Part shown: positions 34,917 to 45,046 of the stretch, in pieces | Numbering within the stretch: position 1 is the first letter of the stretch | Layout: each line of letters opens with the position of its first letter | From: a virus | Virus record (IMG/VR): IMGVR_UViG_3300022744_000001 | Location: 258,022-322,021 of that record | DNA length: 64,000 nt | Reading direction: 5' to 3' (one strand) | The notes under the pieces: model-generated | Seen by the model: only the letters and a program-made list of their open reading frames with translations | Told to the model about the DNA's origin: nothing | The model's database searches: none | Made by a program: the position numbers and the translations under genes

Positions 34917-36656
34917 TCAGGTGGACACGGTCAGCCCTACAGAGGCGGTCAACGTCTCGGACAAGTTGATGCCCATTTGTGTCACCACCGAATCGGACAA
35001 ACTGACCGAGTCGGAGATGTTGACCTGAACGACGTTTTCACCAGGGGTCAGGTCGAAGTTGTCGGTACGCGCAAGGGTTTCAGACAGGTTCGAAGCCATG
35101 CCATGTGACTGGGTTATGGCTTCTACCAACCCAAGAACCTCCGAGGGGTTCACGAAGTGCTGGGTATTGCCCGTTGTGGGCGACGGGAACGGGCTGAGAT
35201 TGTCCGCCGTGATGAAGTTGTAGGGCGGAGCTGCTGCGCCCGTAAAAAGGGTCCAGCCGGGGCTATTGAGAAGGGCGGCCCGAAGAGGCGGCCACACCTC
35301 GGTCAGGACCATAGTCGCGCCAATGTCGGACGCTGGCGATACTAGCTCGTCCTCTTTGATTGCGAGATTGTGCCTCGCCTCGCCGAGGCGGTAGAAGTTC
35401 GTAAACAACGAAGCGTTGTTTAGGGTCGAAGCACCGAAAGGCGAGAACGTGAACAACGCGACCGGGTCCACCGGCTTTGGGAACACGTAGCTATCATACG
35501 CCGTGGTGCAGGCATTAACCTCATCCACTTGGATCGAGGAGTTTGGGGCCCCGCCAGGTACCAACGAAGGCGAGAAGAACACCAGCCCTTGGGGCGATCC
35601 GAACAGCTCCGCAATGCCTGGGTCTATCGAGCCATTCGGCAGTTCAGGGAGTACCTGCAAGAACTCCCGTAGCTCGAACCGCTCGACAACTTGAGCCGAA
35701 ACGTTTGGCCGAGTATCCAAAACCGAGCGATAGCTGGCTTGGGACCGGAAAAGCATACTGCTGCTAGTCGAAACGTAGGTAACTTCCGAGCTATTGGAGG
35801 AGGCAACTGAAAGGTTCTCTACGAAGTCAGCGCGTTCCTCGAATGCCTGGCCAAACCAAGGCTCAGCGACCACAGAGAGGGTCTCATGCAGGTGGAACGT
35901 TTCAGCCACCTGCTCGAGCATGCCCTCACGGGCCCGAACCTCACGAGTGAAAGACGAGAAAGGGACCTTGGTGACGAGCGGACGCTGAATCCATACGACA
36001 AGGTCAGAGGAGGGGAGGACCAAGCGACCATCCGAGGTGCGCACCCCAGAGATCGTCACCCGGTACGAGACCGCAGACCGCATCCCCGAACCAAGACTCA
36101 AAACCACCCGCGTTGCATCGGAAGGATAGTTCGAACTTACCGCAACAACGGGGAGAGCCGACCCAGTAGAGACCTCGGTCACCGTGTAGCTGACAGGATC
36201 AAGCAACGACCCGTCTACCGACATTGGCTGCGAGAAAACGAGGTTGATGCCGTCAGGCCGAATTGCTTTCGCCTTGAACCCAAACTCCCCCTCAGCTGGG
36301 TATCCGGTGAGCTGGGCTGTGTCAGCTTCGGAGTCAACGCCAACCGCGTTTGTGTCCGTGACGAGATTCGCTACCTGAACCTCGTACAGAATGTAGTGCT
36401 GGAGCCCGGTGATGAGGCGGACCGAATTCGGGTCGTTGTCCGGTTGGACTTGAACCGTAGGCAACAACTCCTCGGGACCAACGGTACTGATGACGTAGTT
36501 GGCTGGGTTCGTCGTCTCAGGGTTCGAGAAATCCGGCGGGTTCGTGAATGTAACGACAACCGTGAACGAGTTGATCGCGGTCGCCCCGGTCACCTGGAAA
36601 AGAGGGAACCCACCACCGTAGTAACTTGAGCCGAACTCACCACTTCCGAAGGTCAT
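34917..36656 (-). CDS. virion structural protein (579 aa) with C-terminal short SETL-type repeats
   Basis: The N-terminus MTFGSGEFGSSYYGGG resembles the N-terminus of the next giant protein. The C-terminus reads …NLSETLARTD…VSLSDSVVTQMGINLSETLTASVGLTVST. Confidence 0.7.
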   Translation of the reverse strand: MTFGSGEFGSSYYGGGFPLFQVTGATAINSFTVVVTFTNPPDFSNPETTNPANYVISTVGPEELLPTVQVQPDNDPNSVRLITGLQHYILYEVQVANLVTDTNAVGVDSEADTAQLTGYPAEGEFGFKAKAIRPDGINLVFSQPMSVDGSLLDPVSYTVTEVSTGSALPVVAVSSNYPSDATRVVLSLGSGMRSAVSYRVTISGVRTSDGRLVLPSSDLVVWIQRPLVTKVPFSSFTREVRAREGMLEQVAETFHLHETLSVVAEPWFGQAFEERADFVENLSVASSNSSEVTYVSTSSSMLFRSQASYRSVLDTRPNVSAQVVERFELREFLQVLPELPNGSIDPGIAELFGSPQGLVFFSPSLVPGGAPNSSIQVDEVNACTTAYDSYVFPKPVDPVALFTFSPFGASTLNNASLFTNFYRLGEARHNLAIKEDELVSPASDIGATMVLTEVWPPLRAALLNSPGWTLFTGAAAPPYNFITADNLSPFPSPTTGNTQHFVNPSEVLGLVEAITQSHGMASNLSETLARTDNFDLTPGENVVQVNISDSVSLSDSVVTQMGINLSETLTASVGLTVST

Positions 36657-36666
36657 GGGTCACCTA

Positions 36667-39600
36667 TCAAGGGTCAATCAGGAAATCCACCGTGCCGTCT
36701 TCGATGTTCTTGACCAGCCGGTACGTGTGGTACAACCCGTCAAGGAAATCAAAGGAAACCGCGCCGACAACCATCTCTGTGGCGAGGTCCAGGAGGCGAA
36801 CTTCGCGCTCCCCCGAAGGCATAGACACGAAAGCCAAAGCAGCTGTGATTGTGCCAAAGGCACTGAACCCGAACCTCACCCCAGTATCCCCGGTACCTCC
36901 AGTCGAATCGTTGTTCACCCGAAGAGTGAACGAGACCTCGGTATTCAACCCGATAGGATCCGTGAGTGGCGTAGCGTTGCGGTAAATCGTGTTCCCCGAG
37001 GAAACGGAGTAGGTCAAAACCCCATTGAAGATGGAGCGACTGATGGCCCCAGGGGAGTCCGACTCAATGACCCAAGGAGAGCCAAACCCGGAATCAAACT
37101 CAGGGAGGGCATTCCCGGCATACGTGCCGCAAACCTCTTTGGTCCAGTTCAACTTGTGGGAGATCGGGTTTGACTCGTCCGAGAACGGAGCAATGAAGTC
37201 CGTGGAGCCCGTCGTCTGCTCAACCACCTGCAACGAGTTGTAGAGCACGTCGTCAGGGACGATGAGGCGGACCTCTGTGGAGGCGTCGTTCAACAGGAAC
37301 CCATCCCCGTTGAGCACGTCCTCTGGCCGGTTGAGGGCGGAAAGGAAATAGACCTGCGGGGTCGGACGACGAACCTCGTATGTCTGGGTGCTGGGGACGA
37401 GCGGAGTGCCCTCGTTGAGACGCGTGAACGCCACCACTGCCGGGTTTTCCACGTACTGCTCCCAGGGATAGGGCACCCCTGTGGAAGACGAAGAGAACTG
37501 CGTGTGGTTGTGCGTGACCGACGTATCGAGGTGCTCCGGAGAGGACATCACGTTGCGCTGGTTCAGCACCTGGTGGTGCGGGACAATCCGGTCTTTGGAG
37601 ACCGCGGCCGAGTTGGTTACCCCGTACCGAACGAAGTCCCAAGCAACCTGGGAAAGGTTCGTAGGGTCGAACGCGCCCCAAGCCACCGAGGGAAGGCCCC
37701 CACTGGCCTTGGCCGGGAAACCCAAGCTGCTAGCGGGCAACGTTGTGGCGCTGTAGTCCACCCGGATCAAAGGGATCGAGATAGCGTCGAGAAGCAGCGA
37801 AACCGACCCGCCGGGCTCCCGCACAAGACGGTACTTGTGGTTGGCGGTCCAGTCGGTTTGGAGCGGGATTCGGTACCCCACTTCGCTTGGAGCCGCAGGG
37901 AAGCTTGCCGTAATGGTCAACGTCGTAGCTGACACCGTGGCAACCGAATAAATGCCCTTGTTTGACCCCACGTCGATGACCAGGTCGTCTCCAGGAGAAA
38001 CTCCCGCTGCAACGAAGTTCGCCGTCAGGTCAGTGAACGAGTTACCCGCAATCTTCGCAGCCTGCCCGGATGCCTTGAGCGGCAAGTGGTAGCCGGTGAG
38101 CAGGTTCGAATCGAAGCCCTTCCAGATACCTACGTAGCGACGCACGCCCGTTGTGGGCTGACCCCGCCAGACGTTGACGTAGTGCCAAGAAACAACGCTC
38201 TTGGCGCCCGAGCTAGCGGAGGTTGAGGAGCCGAACGAGATGGTCGGGTTCCCCACGGACATATTGAACGAAGAGTAGGCGAACGTGCCGAGCAAAGAGC
38301 CATCAACGAACAAGCTGACCAGGTCACCCGAAGTGCTCTTGACCATGCGCACGATGTGCTCAGACCCGTCGAACCAGTTGAAGTCGAACTCCGAGGAGCC
38401 CCCCAGTAGGAAGCCGTCCGAATGGAAGGCCAGCCGCCGAGTCCCGCCCACCGTCTGGCGAGCCATGAGCCCGATAGCTCGAGTGCCGTCGAAGACGTCC
38501 ACGGTAGCTCCGCAGAAGTTCTCGAGCGCCCCATCCGAGGTGTAGGATTCAATCTTGAGTTTGAACTCAATGTAGTAGTCGTTGTTGACCGAAATGACTC
38601 GAGTATCTGCTGTCGGGGGCTCGAGGTCTTCGATCGCGTACACACGACCGTCTGAAATCGACGTGTCCTCGATGACGAGGGTTTGCCCGGACATCCTTCC
38701 CACCTGGCCGCCCAGAGCCGCCCAGGGGCTCGGAGAGGCATTCTCGGGAAGGGTTCGGCCTGCGTACCCAATCTTGGGTTGAGCCTTCGTCGGGAAGAAC
38801 GAAACCTGCACCAGCCGCGACCCGTCGTCCACCGCCAACGTGACCGCGTCCTGGGTCACCCCATGGGTGTAGGTGCGAAGCTGGAGCCCAAAGTCAACGA
38901 CCACATCCGAGGACGAAGCCAGGAGCGGTTCGATGCGGGTGAAACCCTTGAAGTCTCCCCCGAGGATGCCCGCGTCGGTCGTCGCCGCCGCACTTGTCGA
39001 ATCGAGCACCAGGGTGCTCCCCGAGATCGTCTCGTTCCCATGCGAACCCACCGGCGTCCATGGGGCCGCAGATTCTTCGGGGGCCTCGTCCCCTTCATAC
39101 GAGACGTAGATGGTGGGCGCCGTTTGCTGGGGGTTTGTGGGCAGTACCAGGTACCGCACGAAGTCCCAGGTGCTAACGTTCTTGGCCTCACGGCTCAGAG
39201 ACCCAAAGAATGCGCCCTGCACTTGGTCAAACGGGTCGTTGATTTCACTCAGGTAGGGCAGCTCATCCGAAGTTACCCGTAGGGTCTCCACTACGTCGCC
39301 ATCCACGTAGAAGCGGATGACCCCGTCCAAGTCCCGAAGAACGCGATAGGAGTGCAGCGTTGACCAGTCGAAGGTAGCCGCCAGCCCTGTCGAGCTTCCA
39401 CTCGAGAGCCCTCCTGTCCAAGAGGCCGCCACAGAGGGGTCGTTGCCTTGTCCCTTCTTCAAGAAGCCGACTTTGCGGACGCCACCCTCAACGAGAAAGC
39501 CCACCAGGGCCACCTTCTCGTCGTCGGACCAGCCCGCCGAGATACCCGTGAAAACCCCGTCTGGCGTCGAGCTGTTGATCAACATGCGCCACGTCATCGC

Positions 39601-42081
39601 AAAAACATGCGGGAACGTGAGGTCCACTGGGTGAACCCAAAAGAGGGGGTTCCCCGCAGGGTAGGGGCCGTCCGTGTTGTCCTGCATGACCAGGTTGCCC
39701 GCGACCACGGAAGCGAGCCCAAGCCCCTGACGAGTCCAAGGGTCCGCGTCAGCCTCCGGCAAGGTATCCGCCGCGTAGGAAACCGAGACCTCGTCGATGG
39801 GCCTCGAGAGGGGTGGGTAGGCAATCCGATGGATCGGGGTGTTCAAGAGCAACGAGTTCGGGTCGTTCAGCGCGACCGAGTAGGCTCGCTCGAAAGCCCG
39901 ATAGTGCAGCTCACGAAGCAGGGGCTGCTCCTGGTTCGCCTCCATGTCGTCGGGTTCAAACGTCGTGGGGGTGATCAGCACGTTGCGGTAGCGGTACGTG
40001 TGCTGAGTTGGGCCCTGCCGTCCCGCATCCGTAGTCCAGCCGTTGAGCTTGAACTCATGGGAATTCAAACGACGGATCTCAATCGTGGGGTCAGAAATCC
40101 ACGAGTAATCCACCTTGACGTCATCGGTGGGGCTCGGAGCCGAGGGCAAGACGATCTGCCCAAGAAGCCCGATGACCGAATCCGGAATGACAGGCACCCC
40201 GTTGACACGCACCACCACGTCGGACGGGTCGTCCGCGACTTCCCCCGTCCTTGGGTTGTACAAACGCCAGGTCAGAGACCCGTTGGAGGGATCGGGAAGG
40301 CGGAGGTTGGCCTCGAGCCGAAGTCGTGTTGCCGACAGAACCGAAGTGACCTTGTACGAGCCCCCGTTTACCGAAGTTCCGCCAAGCGTGAGGTACATGC
40401 CCACGTGATTGGAGTTGAACGCGCCCCCAGGGAGCAGAACCTCGTTCAGCGTGACAGCCCCGAAATACATCGTGGGGGTTGTTTGAATCGTCCCCCCAAC
40501 GCCGCTGAACAACGTGAGCGACGGTTTCGCGATAGGGCCCTTGTCCGTAAAGATGGAGCGGGTTGTGAGCGGCACAGAGGCCGTGAACGCCGCCTGGTTG
40601 AACAAGGGGTCCATCGGGTTGCCCGCGACGTCCTTGGGCGTCCCAAAGGCATTCACGGTCAACGTGTACGACCCAGCCCCAAACCCACTGGTCAACAAAG
40701 CCACCGTTCGCATGTCGATAGCTCGAACTTCGTGGATGTACACGGGGGTCGGGCCACTGATTGTGTACTCATCCGGGGACAGCAACGCATCGTCAATGCG
40801 CATGTCCTCGTTGAAGGTGACCGTGACCGTCCCGTTGTCCGGCAAAAACTGCACCGAGGCCGTCTGGGGCTTGGTCGAGTTCGCGACGTAAACGGTGCGG
40901 CCTGTGAAGTACCGGTTCACCGACTTTCGGCGGATGCCCTTGACCGTGACTTGGTACTGCCTGCCTCGAGTGCCCTCCGTGGTCTTCAGAACCACTTGCT
41001 TGATGGCCTGGGTCTGAGCCCAGTACAGATTCCCTGTGCCAGGAACGAACCCCGTACCAGGCACGTAGGTGCCGTTGGAAGGGTCCATCGTGACCAGGGG
41101 CTTGTCCGTGGTCAGCACGGTACCGCTGACACTCTCAATGCGGAAATACTCGCGACCGATGAACGAGCGTTGGTCCGGTTCGTCTGTGTCCAAGACGAAC
41201 AGGTAGCGACCCACGAACGTCGGGTCGAACGTGCCTGTGTATGTGTCGAACAGCCAGGACTTGTTATCGTCTAACTGCTGTGCAACCACCTGCCCCTGCG
41301 AGCCCGTTTGGTCCACGTTGAAAACCGGGGTGACCGATTCGATGAGGATCGGGACGCCCCCGTCAATGGGTTCAACCGAGTAGTTGAAGATGTCCGAAAC
41401 CCCGTCGAGACGAACCTCTTCTGGGAACTCGAGCAGCACCGTCGTATCGTCGAGACTTGTGCTGAGGAGAGTGCCGACCTGAACGCCCTCGAAAAGGGTC
41501 AGGGTCTCGGACGAAGCCAAGGCCATGCTGAACTGAACCGAGACATCCTCGGACAGGGTCAGTGTGTCTGATGCGTTCGCCACGAACGGAGAGATGCCCT
41601 CCACGATCGTCATTGTCTCAGAGAGCGTGATCGTGCCGCCAAGGTTGAGCGTCTCAGAAAGGGTCAACGTCTCGGTGCTGCTCACGCCCCCAGGGGCGAT
41701 GTTGAAGGTGTAGCTAACCGCCAAAAGCGTGCTGGAGAGGTCGAGCGCATTGAAGGCTACGGAGACCGCATTCCCGATGGTGAAGTCTGGGTGCGTCACG
41801 GTGATGAGCAAGTCGGAGGCGTTCTCGTCCACGAAAGTGATCGTGCCCGAGTAGGGCGCCACGAAGCCTGAGTCCCGAATGACCTGAATCCCATCGAAGG
41901 TCAGGTAGATGGTCCCAGGGTCGAACTCCGACGGGGCATTCAAACGGAGCGAGAACGATGTGTTGGGGGCAACCGCGGTAGCATTTGGGGCGGGGGTTGC
42001 ACTCACCAGGGTAATGCCGCCGGATTCGATCGCGGCACTACCCCAGGGGGTGGTTCCGTATGGTGTCTGCCCGAAGCTCAT
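36667..42081 (-). CDS. giant virion structural protein (1804 aa)
   Basis: The N-terminus is MSFGQTPYGTTPWGS. Residues ~130-200 carry LSETLxL repeats (TETLTLSETLNLGGTITLSETMTIVEG…SETLTLFEG). It is a single 5.4-kb ORF. Confidence 0.85.
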   Translation of the reverse strand: MSFGQTPYGTTPWGSAAIESGGITLVSATPAPNATAVAPNTSFSLRLNAPSEFDPGTIYLTFDGIQVIRDSGFVAPYSGTITFVDENASDLLITVTHPDFTIGNAVSVAFNALDLSSTLLAVSYTFNIAPGGVSSTETLTLSETLNLGGTITLSETMTIVEGISPFVANASDTLTLSEDVSVQFSMALASSETLTLFEGVQVGTLLSTSLDDTTVLLEFPEEVRLDGVSDIFNYSVEPIDGGVPILIESVTPVFNVDQTGSQGQVVAQQLDDNKSWLFDTYTGTFDPTFVGRYLFVLDTDEPDQRSFIGREYFRIESVSGTVLTTDKPLVTMDPSNGTYVPGTGFVPGTGNLYWAQTQAIKQVVLKTTEGTRGRQYQVTVKGIRRKSVNRYFTGRTVYVANSTKPQTASVQFLPDNGTVTVTFNEDMRIDDALLSPDEYTISGPTPVYIHEVRAIDMRTVALLTSGFGAGSYTLTVNAFGTPKDVAGNPMDPLFNQAAFTASVPLTTRSIFTDKGPIAKPSLTLFSGVGGTIQTTPTMYFGAVTLNEVLLPGGAFNSNHVGMYLTLGGTSVNGGSYKVTSVLSATRLRLEANLRLPDPSNGSLTWRLYNPRTGEVADDPSDVVVRVNGVPVIPDSVIGLLGQIVLPSAPSPTDDVKVDYSWISDPTIEIRRLNSHEFKLNGWTTDAGRQGPTQHTYRYRNVLITPTTFEPDDMEANQEQPLLRELHYRAFERAYSVALNDPNSLLLNTPIHRIAYPPLSRPIDEVSVSYAADTLPEADADPWTRQGLGLASVVAGNLVMQDNTDGPYPAGNPLFWVHPVDLTFPHVFAMTWRMLINSSTPDGVFTGISAGWSDDEKVALVGFLVEGGVRKVGFLKKGQGNDPSVAASWTGGLSSGSSTGLAATFDWSTLHSYRVLRDLDGVIRFYVDGDVVETLRVTSDELPYLSEINDPFDQVQGAFFGSLSREAKNVSTWDFVRYLVLPTNPQQTAPTIYVSYEGDEAPEESAAPWTPVGSHGNETISGSTLVLDSTSAAATTDAGILGGDFKGFTRIEPLLASSSDVVVDFGLQLRTYTHGVTQDAVTLAVDDGSRLVQVSFFPTKAQPKIGYAGRTLPENASPSPWAALGGQVGRMSGQTLVIEDTSISDGRVYAIEDLEPPTADTRVISVNNDYYIEFKLKIESYTSDGALENFCGATVDVFDGTRAIGLMARQTVGGTRRLAFHSDGFLLGGSSEFDFNWFDGSEHIVRMVKSTSGDLVSLFVDGSLLGTFAYSSFNMSVGNPTISFGSSTSASSGAKSVVSWHYVNVWRGQPTTGVRRYVGIWKGFDSNLLTGYHLPLKASGQAAKIAGNSFTDLTANFVAAGVSPGDDLVIDVGSNKGIYSVATVSATTLTITASFPAAPSEVGYRIPLQTDWTANHKYRLVREPGGSVSLLLDAISIPLIRVDYSATTLPASSLGFPAKASGGLPSVAWGAFDPTNLSQVAWDFVRYGVTNSAAVSKDRIVPHHQVLNQRNVMSSPEHLDTSVTHNHTQFSSSSTGVPYPWEQYVENPAVVAFTRLNEGTPLVPSTQTYEVRRPTPQVYFLSALNRPEDVLNGDGFLLNDASTEVRLIVPDDVLYNSLQVVEQTTGSTDFIAPFSDESNPISHKLNWTKEVCGTYAGNALPEFDSGFGSPWVIESDSPGAISRSIFNGVLTYSVSSGNTIYRNATPLTDPIGLNTEVSFTLRVNNDSTGGTGDTGVRFGFSAFGTITAALAFVSMPSGEREVRLLDLATEMVVGAVSFDFLDGLYHTYRLVKNIEDGTVDFLIDP

Positions 42082-42135
42082 GCCATTGCCTTGCCATTCA
42101 AGGAAAAGTAAACAGGCAAGCCATGAAGGAGCCCC

Positions 42136-42606
42136 TCAGAAGTTCCAGCTAGAAATGTCCTGCCCCACGCACGCATACAGCGAAGTGTTTACCCCGTAGA
42201 CCCCATACCCCACGCCACGGGGGTACTGAATACCGTCCGGGTCAGGAAACTCAGTCAACCAAGACACGAAGCGGTTTGCGGTGCTATCCCAGGCGTAATT
42301 CACAACGCTCTTGTCACGCACCCAAACCGAAGTTGCCCAGGTACCCCCGAGGGAAGCACCCTCCACGAGAGGGGTGCTGGGGAAACTGTAGTTACCGCCC
42401 GAGTAGTTGGCTCCCGCTAAAGGTAAATACGAAGCGATTGTGCCAACACTCTTGCCGGTCGAGGAGTACCAACCACCACTTGCAACAACAACTGAGGGGA
42501 CCGTGTACGAAATAACTCGAGACGCGCTCGCAAAGTTGCCGCCGCCAGCAGTAACCACAGAGGTTACTGCCCCAAGGCTCCTCGTGTTTGTGGTGAAATT
42601 GGCCAA
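42136..42606 (-). CDS. small fibre-associated protein A1 (156 aa), paralog of A2; candidate tail-fibre assembly chaperone
   Basis: MANFTTNTRSLGAVTSVVTAGGGNFASASR… aligns with A2's MANFTGNSRTLSTVGVIATASGGNFAGASR…. It sits directly downstream of B1. Confidence 0.6.
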   Translation of the reverse strand: MANFTTNTRSLGAVTSVVTAGGGNFASASRVISYTVPSVVVASGGWYSSTGKSVGTIASYLPLAGANYSGGNYSFPSTPLVEGASLGGTWATSVWVRDKSVVNYAWDSTANRFVSWLTEFPDPDGIQYPRGVGYGVYGVNTSLYACVGQDISSWNF

Positions 42607-42614
42607 GGGTCACC

Positions 42615-43583
42615 TTAGAGCGTCGGCGCGGTATTGTTCTCCCACGGCACAACATGAGTGGAATCCACCCAAGCATAAGCATCCGTAGTGAGATTGGCCG
42701 TATCCGGGTAGGCTCGAGAGAAATTGCCCCCAAAAGCTAGGCGCTGAAAGATGCCCTTGAACCCATAGTTGGTAGCGCCATCAACTTGAAGTCGAAAGAG
42801 GCCCGCGAACAGGTAATACTCCTCGTTGCTGTCAAACGGGTTCGGGGAAACACTCTGATTCGCCGCAGTAGGAGGGATTGGCCCAACGGTACCCGAAGCA
42901 GTCGAAGCGGTCCAATGCCAGTTGGTGAAGCTAGCCCCGCTAAGACCGTACTTTGACCAGGCGAAAGTGGAAGTGTTGATCGGAGACAAAACGGCGGAGG
43001 TGACAAGACCTGCGGTGAGGTTGATGAAAATGCCTACGGGGGACGTGTCCAAGGCGTTCGTGTTATTGAGGCCGTCAAAGAAAATCCGCGTACGCGGCGT
43101 ACCGGTCGTGTTGTCAGTAGTGAAGAAAAAGAATGAGTAGACGTTGGTACTCACAACATCACTGAAAGCGATGCTGTGGCACTTGTACGTGTTGTCCGTG
43201 TTGAAGAGCGCCACGCCAGTAGGGGCAGCATCGGTACCAGAGCCAAGGATCACGCCCTCATCAGTTGCTGAAGGAGTTTGAGTGATTCCAGGGGTACCGC
43301 CTGTGAACTTAGCGCTCTCGGAAAATTTGACGCGCCAAAGCAGGTTCGTAGTCGTTCGCTGGAAAGTGAACTCCCGCTGAGTCCCCGGATCTTGGATACG
43401 AAACCACGCGTTGGTCGCGGCCAAAGAGGTCGAGAGCGTGATCTGGTCTCCGGTCGAGTTGTAGGTGGTGCCATTCGAACTCGACTTGACGACCCAGCCC
43501 GCAGAAACCAGCAACTGCTTCAACGAGAAAATCGCAGCAGCCCCGGTCGCAGGAGTTTGATTGACCGAAGTAAACTTCGCCAT
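42615..43583 (-). CDS. fibre-like protein B1 (322 aa), paralog of B2 and B3
   Basis: The N-terminus MAKFTSVNQTPATGAAAIFSLKQ…TTYNSTGDQIT…NAWFRIQDPGTQREFTFQRTT…LWRVKFSESAKFTGGTP is conserved across B1, B2 and B3. The C-terminal two thirds diverge but end in VPWENNTA. Confidence 0.75.
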   Translation of the reverse strand: MAKFTSVNQTPATGAAAIFSLKQLLVSAGWVVKSSSNGTTYNSTGDQITLSTSLAATNAWFRIQDPGTQREFTFQRTTTNLLWRVKFSESAKFTGGTPGITQTPSATDEGVILGSGTDAAPTGVALFNTDNTYKCHSIAFSDVVSTNVYSFFFFTTDNTTGTPRTRIFFDGLNNTNALDTSPVGIFINLTAGLVTSAVLSPINTSTFAWSKYGLSGASFTNWHWTASTASGTVGPIPPTAANQSVSPNPFDSNEEYYLFAGLFRLQVDGATNYGFKGIFQRLAFGGNFSRAYPDTANLTTDAYAWVDSTHVVPWENNTAPTL

Positions 43584-43589
43584 GGTACC

Positions 43590-44558
43590 TCACATCTGCG
43601 CGGCGGTATTGTCTTCCCACGGCACCGCAAAATCCGTGGAAGTCAGCACGTAGGAATTGCTGGTAATACTTTCCGTGAACGGGTAGGACCTTGCAAAATT
43701 CGTCACGTAGGCCAGACGCTGGCAAAACCCCTTGAACATAAGATTGGTGTCTGTGCTCGCCCGGTACAACCCCACCAGTTTCAGCAGTAGCTCATTACCA
43801 CTGTAGATGTCCGGGCCAACACCGTTTCCTGCCGTAGTCGCTGGCACATAAGCCGTGCCGATGTTGGCAATCGCCCACACCTTCCAGTTAGTGAAGGCTG
43901 CGCCGCTGAGCCCGTACTTGTACCAACCCCAAACCCACGTAAGAACTGTACCAGACATGAGAGTGCCAGCACTGAAGGCACCCGAGGAGTTCACCAGGAA
44001 GATCCCTAGCGGAGAAACGTCGGCCGCGTTTACCGGTGACAAACCGTCCACGAAAAACCGGGTTCGAATGTTTCCGGAGTTCGGGTAGTCCGTGGTGAAG
44101 AAGAAGAACGAGTACACGTTGGTCGCTACCGCATCGCTGAAAGCGATCGCATGGCACCGATAGGTCGCATCCGTGTTGAAGAGAGCTGCACCAGTAGGGG
44201 AAGCATCGGTACCCGAACCGAAGATCACACCCTCGTCGGTCGCAGAAGGTACCTGGGTAACGCCAGGAGTGCCCCCTGTGAACTTGGACGACTCAGAGAA
44301 TTTGATCCGCCACAGCGTGTTGTTGGTCGTCCTCTGGAAAACAAACTCTCGCCGTGTCCCAGGGTCCTGAATGCGGAACCACGCGTTGGTCGCGGCCAGA
44401 GACGTTGTGCCTGTGATCTGGTCCCCGGTCGAGTTGTAGGTGGTACCATCACTCGAGGCTTTGACTGACCAGCTCGCGTTCACGAGCGTTTGCTTGAGGC
44501 GGTAAACCGCTTCGGCACCAGTCGCTGGAAGGTTGTTGACTGAGGTGAACTTAGCCAT
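43590..44558 (-). CDS. fibre-like protein B2 (322 aa)
   Basis: The N-terminus MAKFTSVNNLPATGAEAVYRLKQ… has the same architecture as B1 and B3. Confidence 0.75.
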   Translation of the reverse strand: MAKFTSVNNLPATGAEAVYRLKQTLVNASWSVKASSDGTTYNSTGDQITGTTSLAATNAWFRIQDPGTRREFVFQRTTNNTLWRIKFSESSKFTGGTPGVTQVPSATDEGVIFGSGTDASPTGAALFNTDATYRCHAIAFSDAVATNVYSFFFFTTDYPNSGNIRTRFFVDGLSPVNAADVSPLGIFLVNSSGAFSAGTLMSGTVLTWVWGWYKYGLSGAAFTNWKVWAIANIGTAYVPATTAGNGVGPDIYSGNELLLKLVGLYRASTDTNLMFKGFCQRLAYVTNFARSYPFTESITSNSYVLTSTDFAVPWEDNTAAQM

Positions 44559-44561
44559 AGG

Positions 44562-45035
44562 TCAGTTCCATCCCGTGCGGTCACGCCCCACGTAGGTATA
44601 GCCAGAAGTGTTTGTTCCAAACGCCCCATACCCAGAACCCGAGGGGTAGAACTGCCCCTGGGGATCAGGCTGCTGCGTCCTCCACGTAACGATTCGACCT
44701 GCAATCGAGTCCCATACCGAGTTGATGATAGACAGATTTCGCGAAGGCCAAACCGAAGTCTGATAGTTTCCGCTGTTCTTGGGACCCTCAATCAAAGGGG
44801 TAGCCGGAAAGCTGTGGTTGCTACCCGAGTAGTTAGCGCCCGCAAGAGCCACATAAATGGCAGTTGTGGCTGAAAGCGAACGAGGAGTGGTTGCATAAGT
44901 ACCGCCTGAAGCGGTCGCGATTATCCCAATCGTCGTTGGGATAGAACGAGAAGCTCCAGCGAAGTTGCCCCCAGAGGCGGTCGCGATTACCCCAACCGTC
45001 GAGAGAGTGCGACTATTGCCCGTGAAGTTCGCCAT
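44562..45035 (-). CDS. small fibre-associated protein A2 (157 aa), paralog of A1
   Basis: See A1. It sits directly downstream of B3. Confidence 0.6.
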   Translation of the reverse strand: MANFTGNSRTLSTVGVIATASGGNFAGASRSIPTTIGIIATASGGTYATTPRSLSATTAIYVALAGANYSGSNHSFPATPLIEGPKNSGNYQTSVWPSRNLSIINSVWDSIAGRIVTWRTQQPDPQGQFYPSGSGYGAFGTNTSGYTYVGRDRTGWN

Positions 45036-45046
45036 AAGGCTCTACC

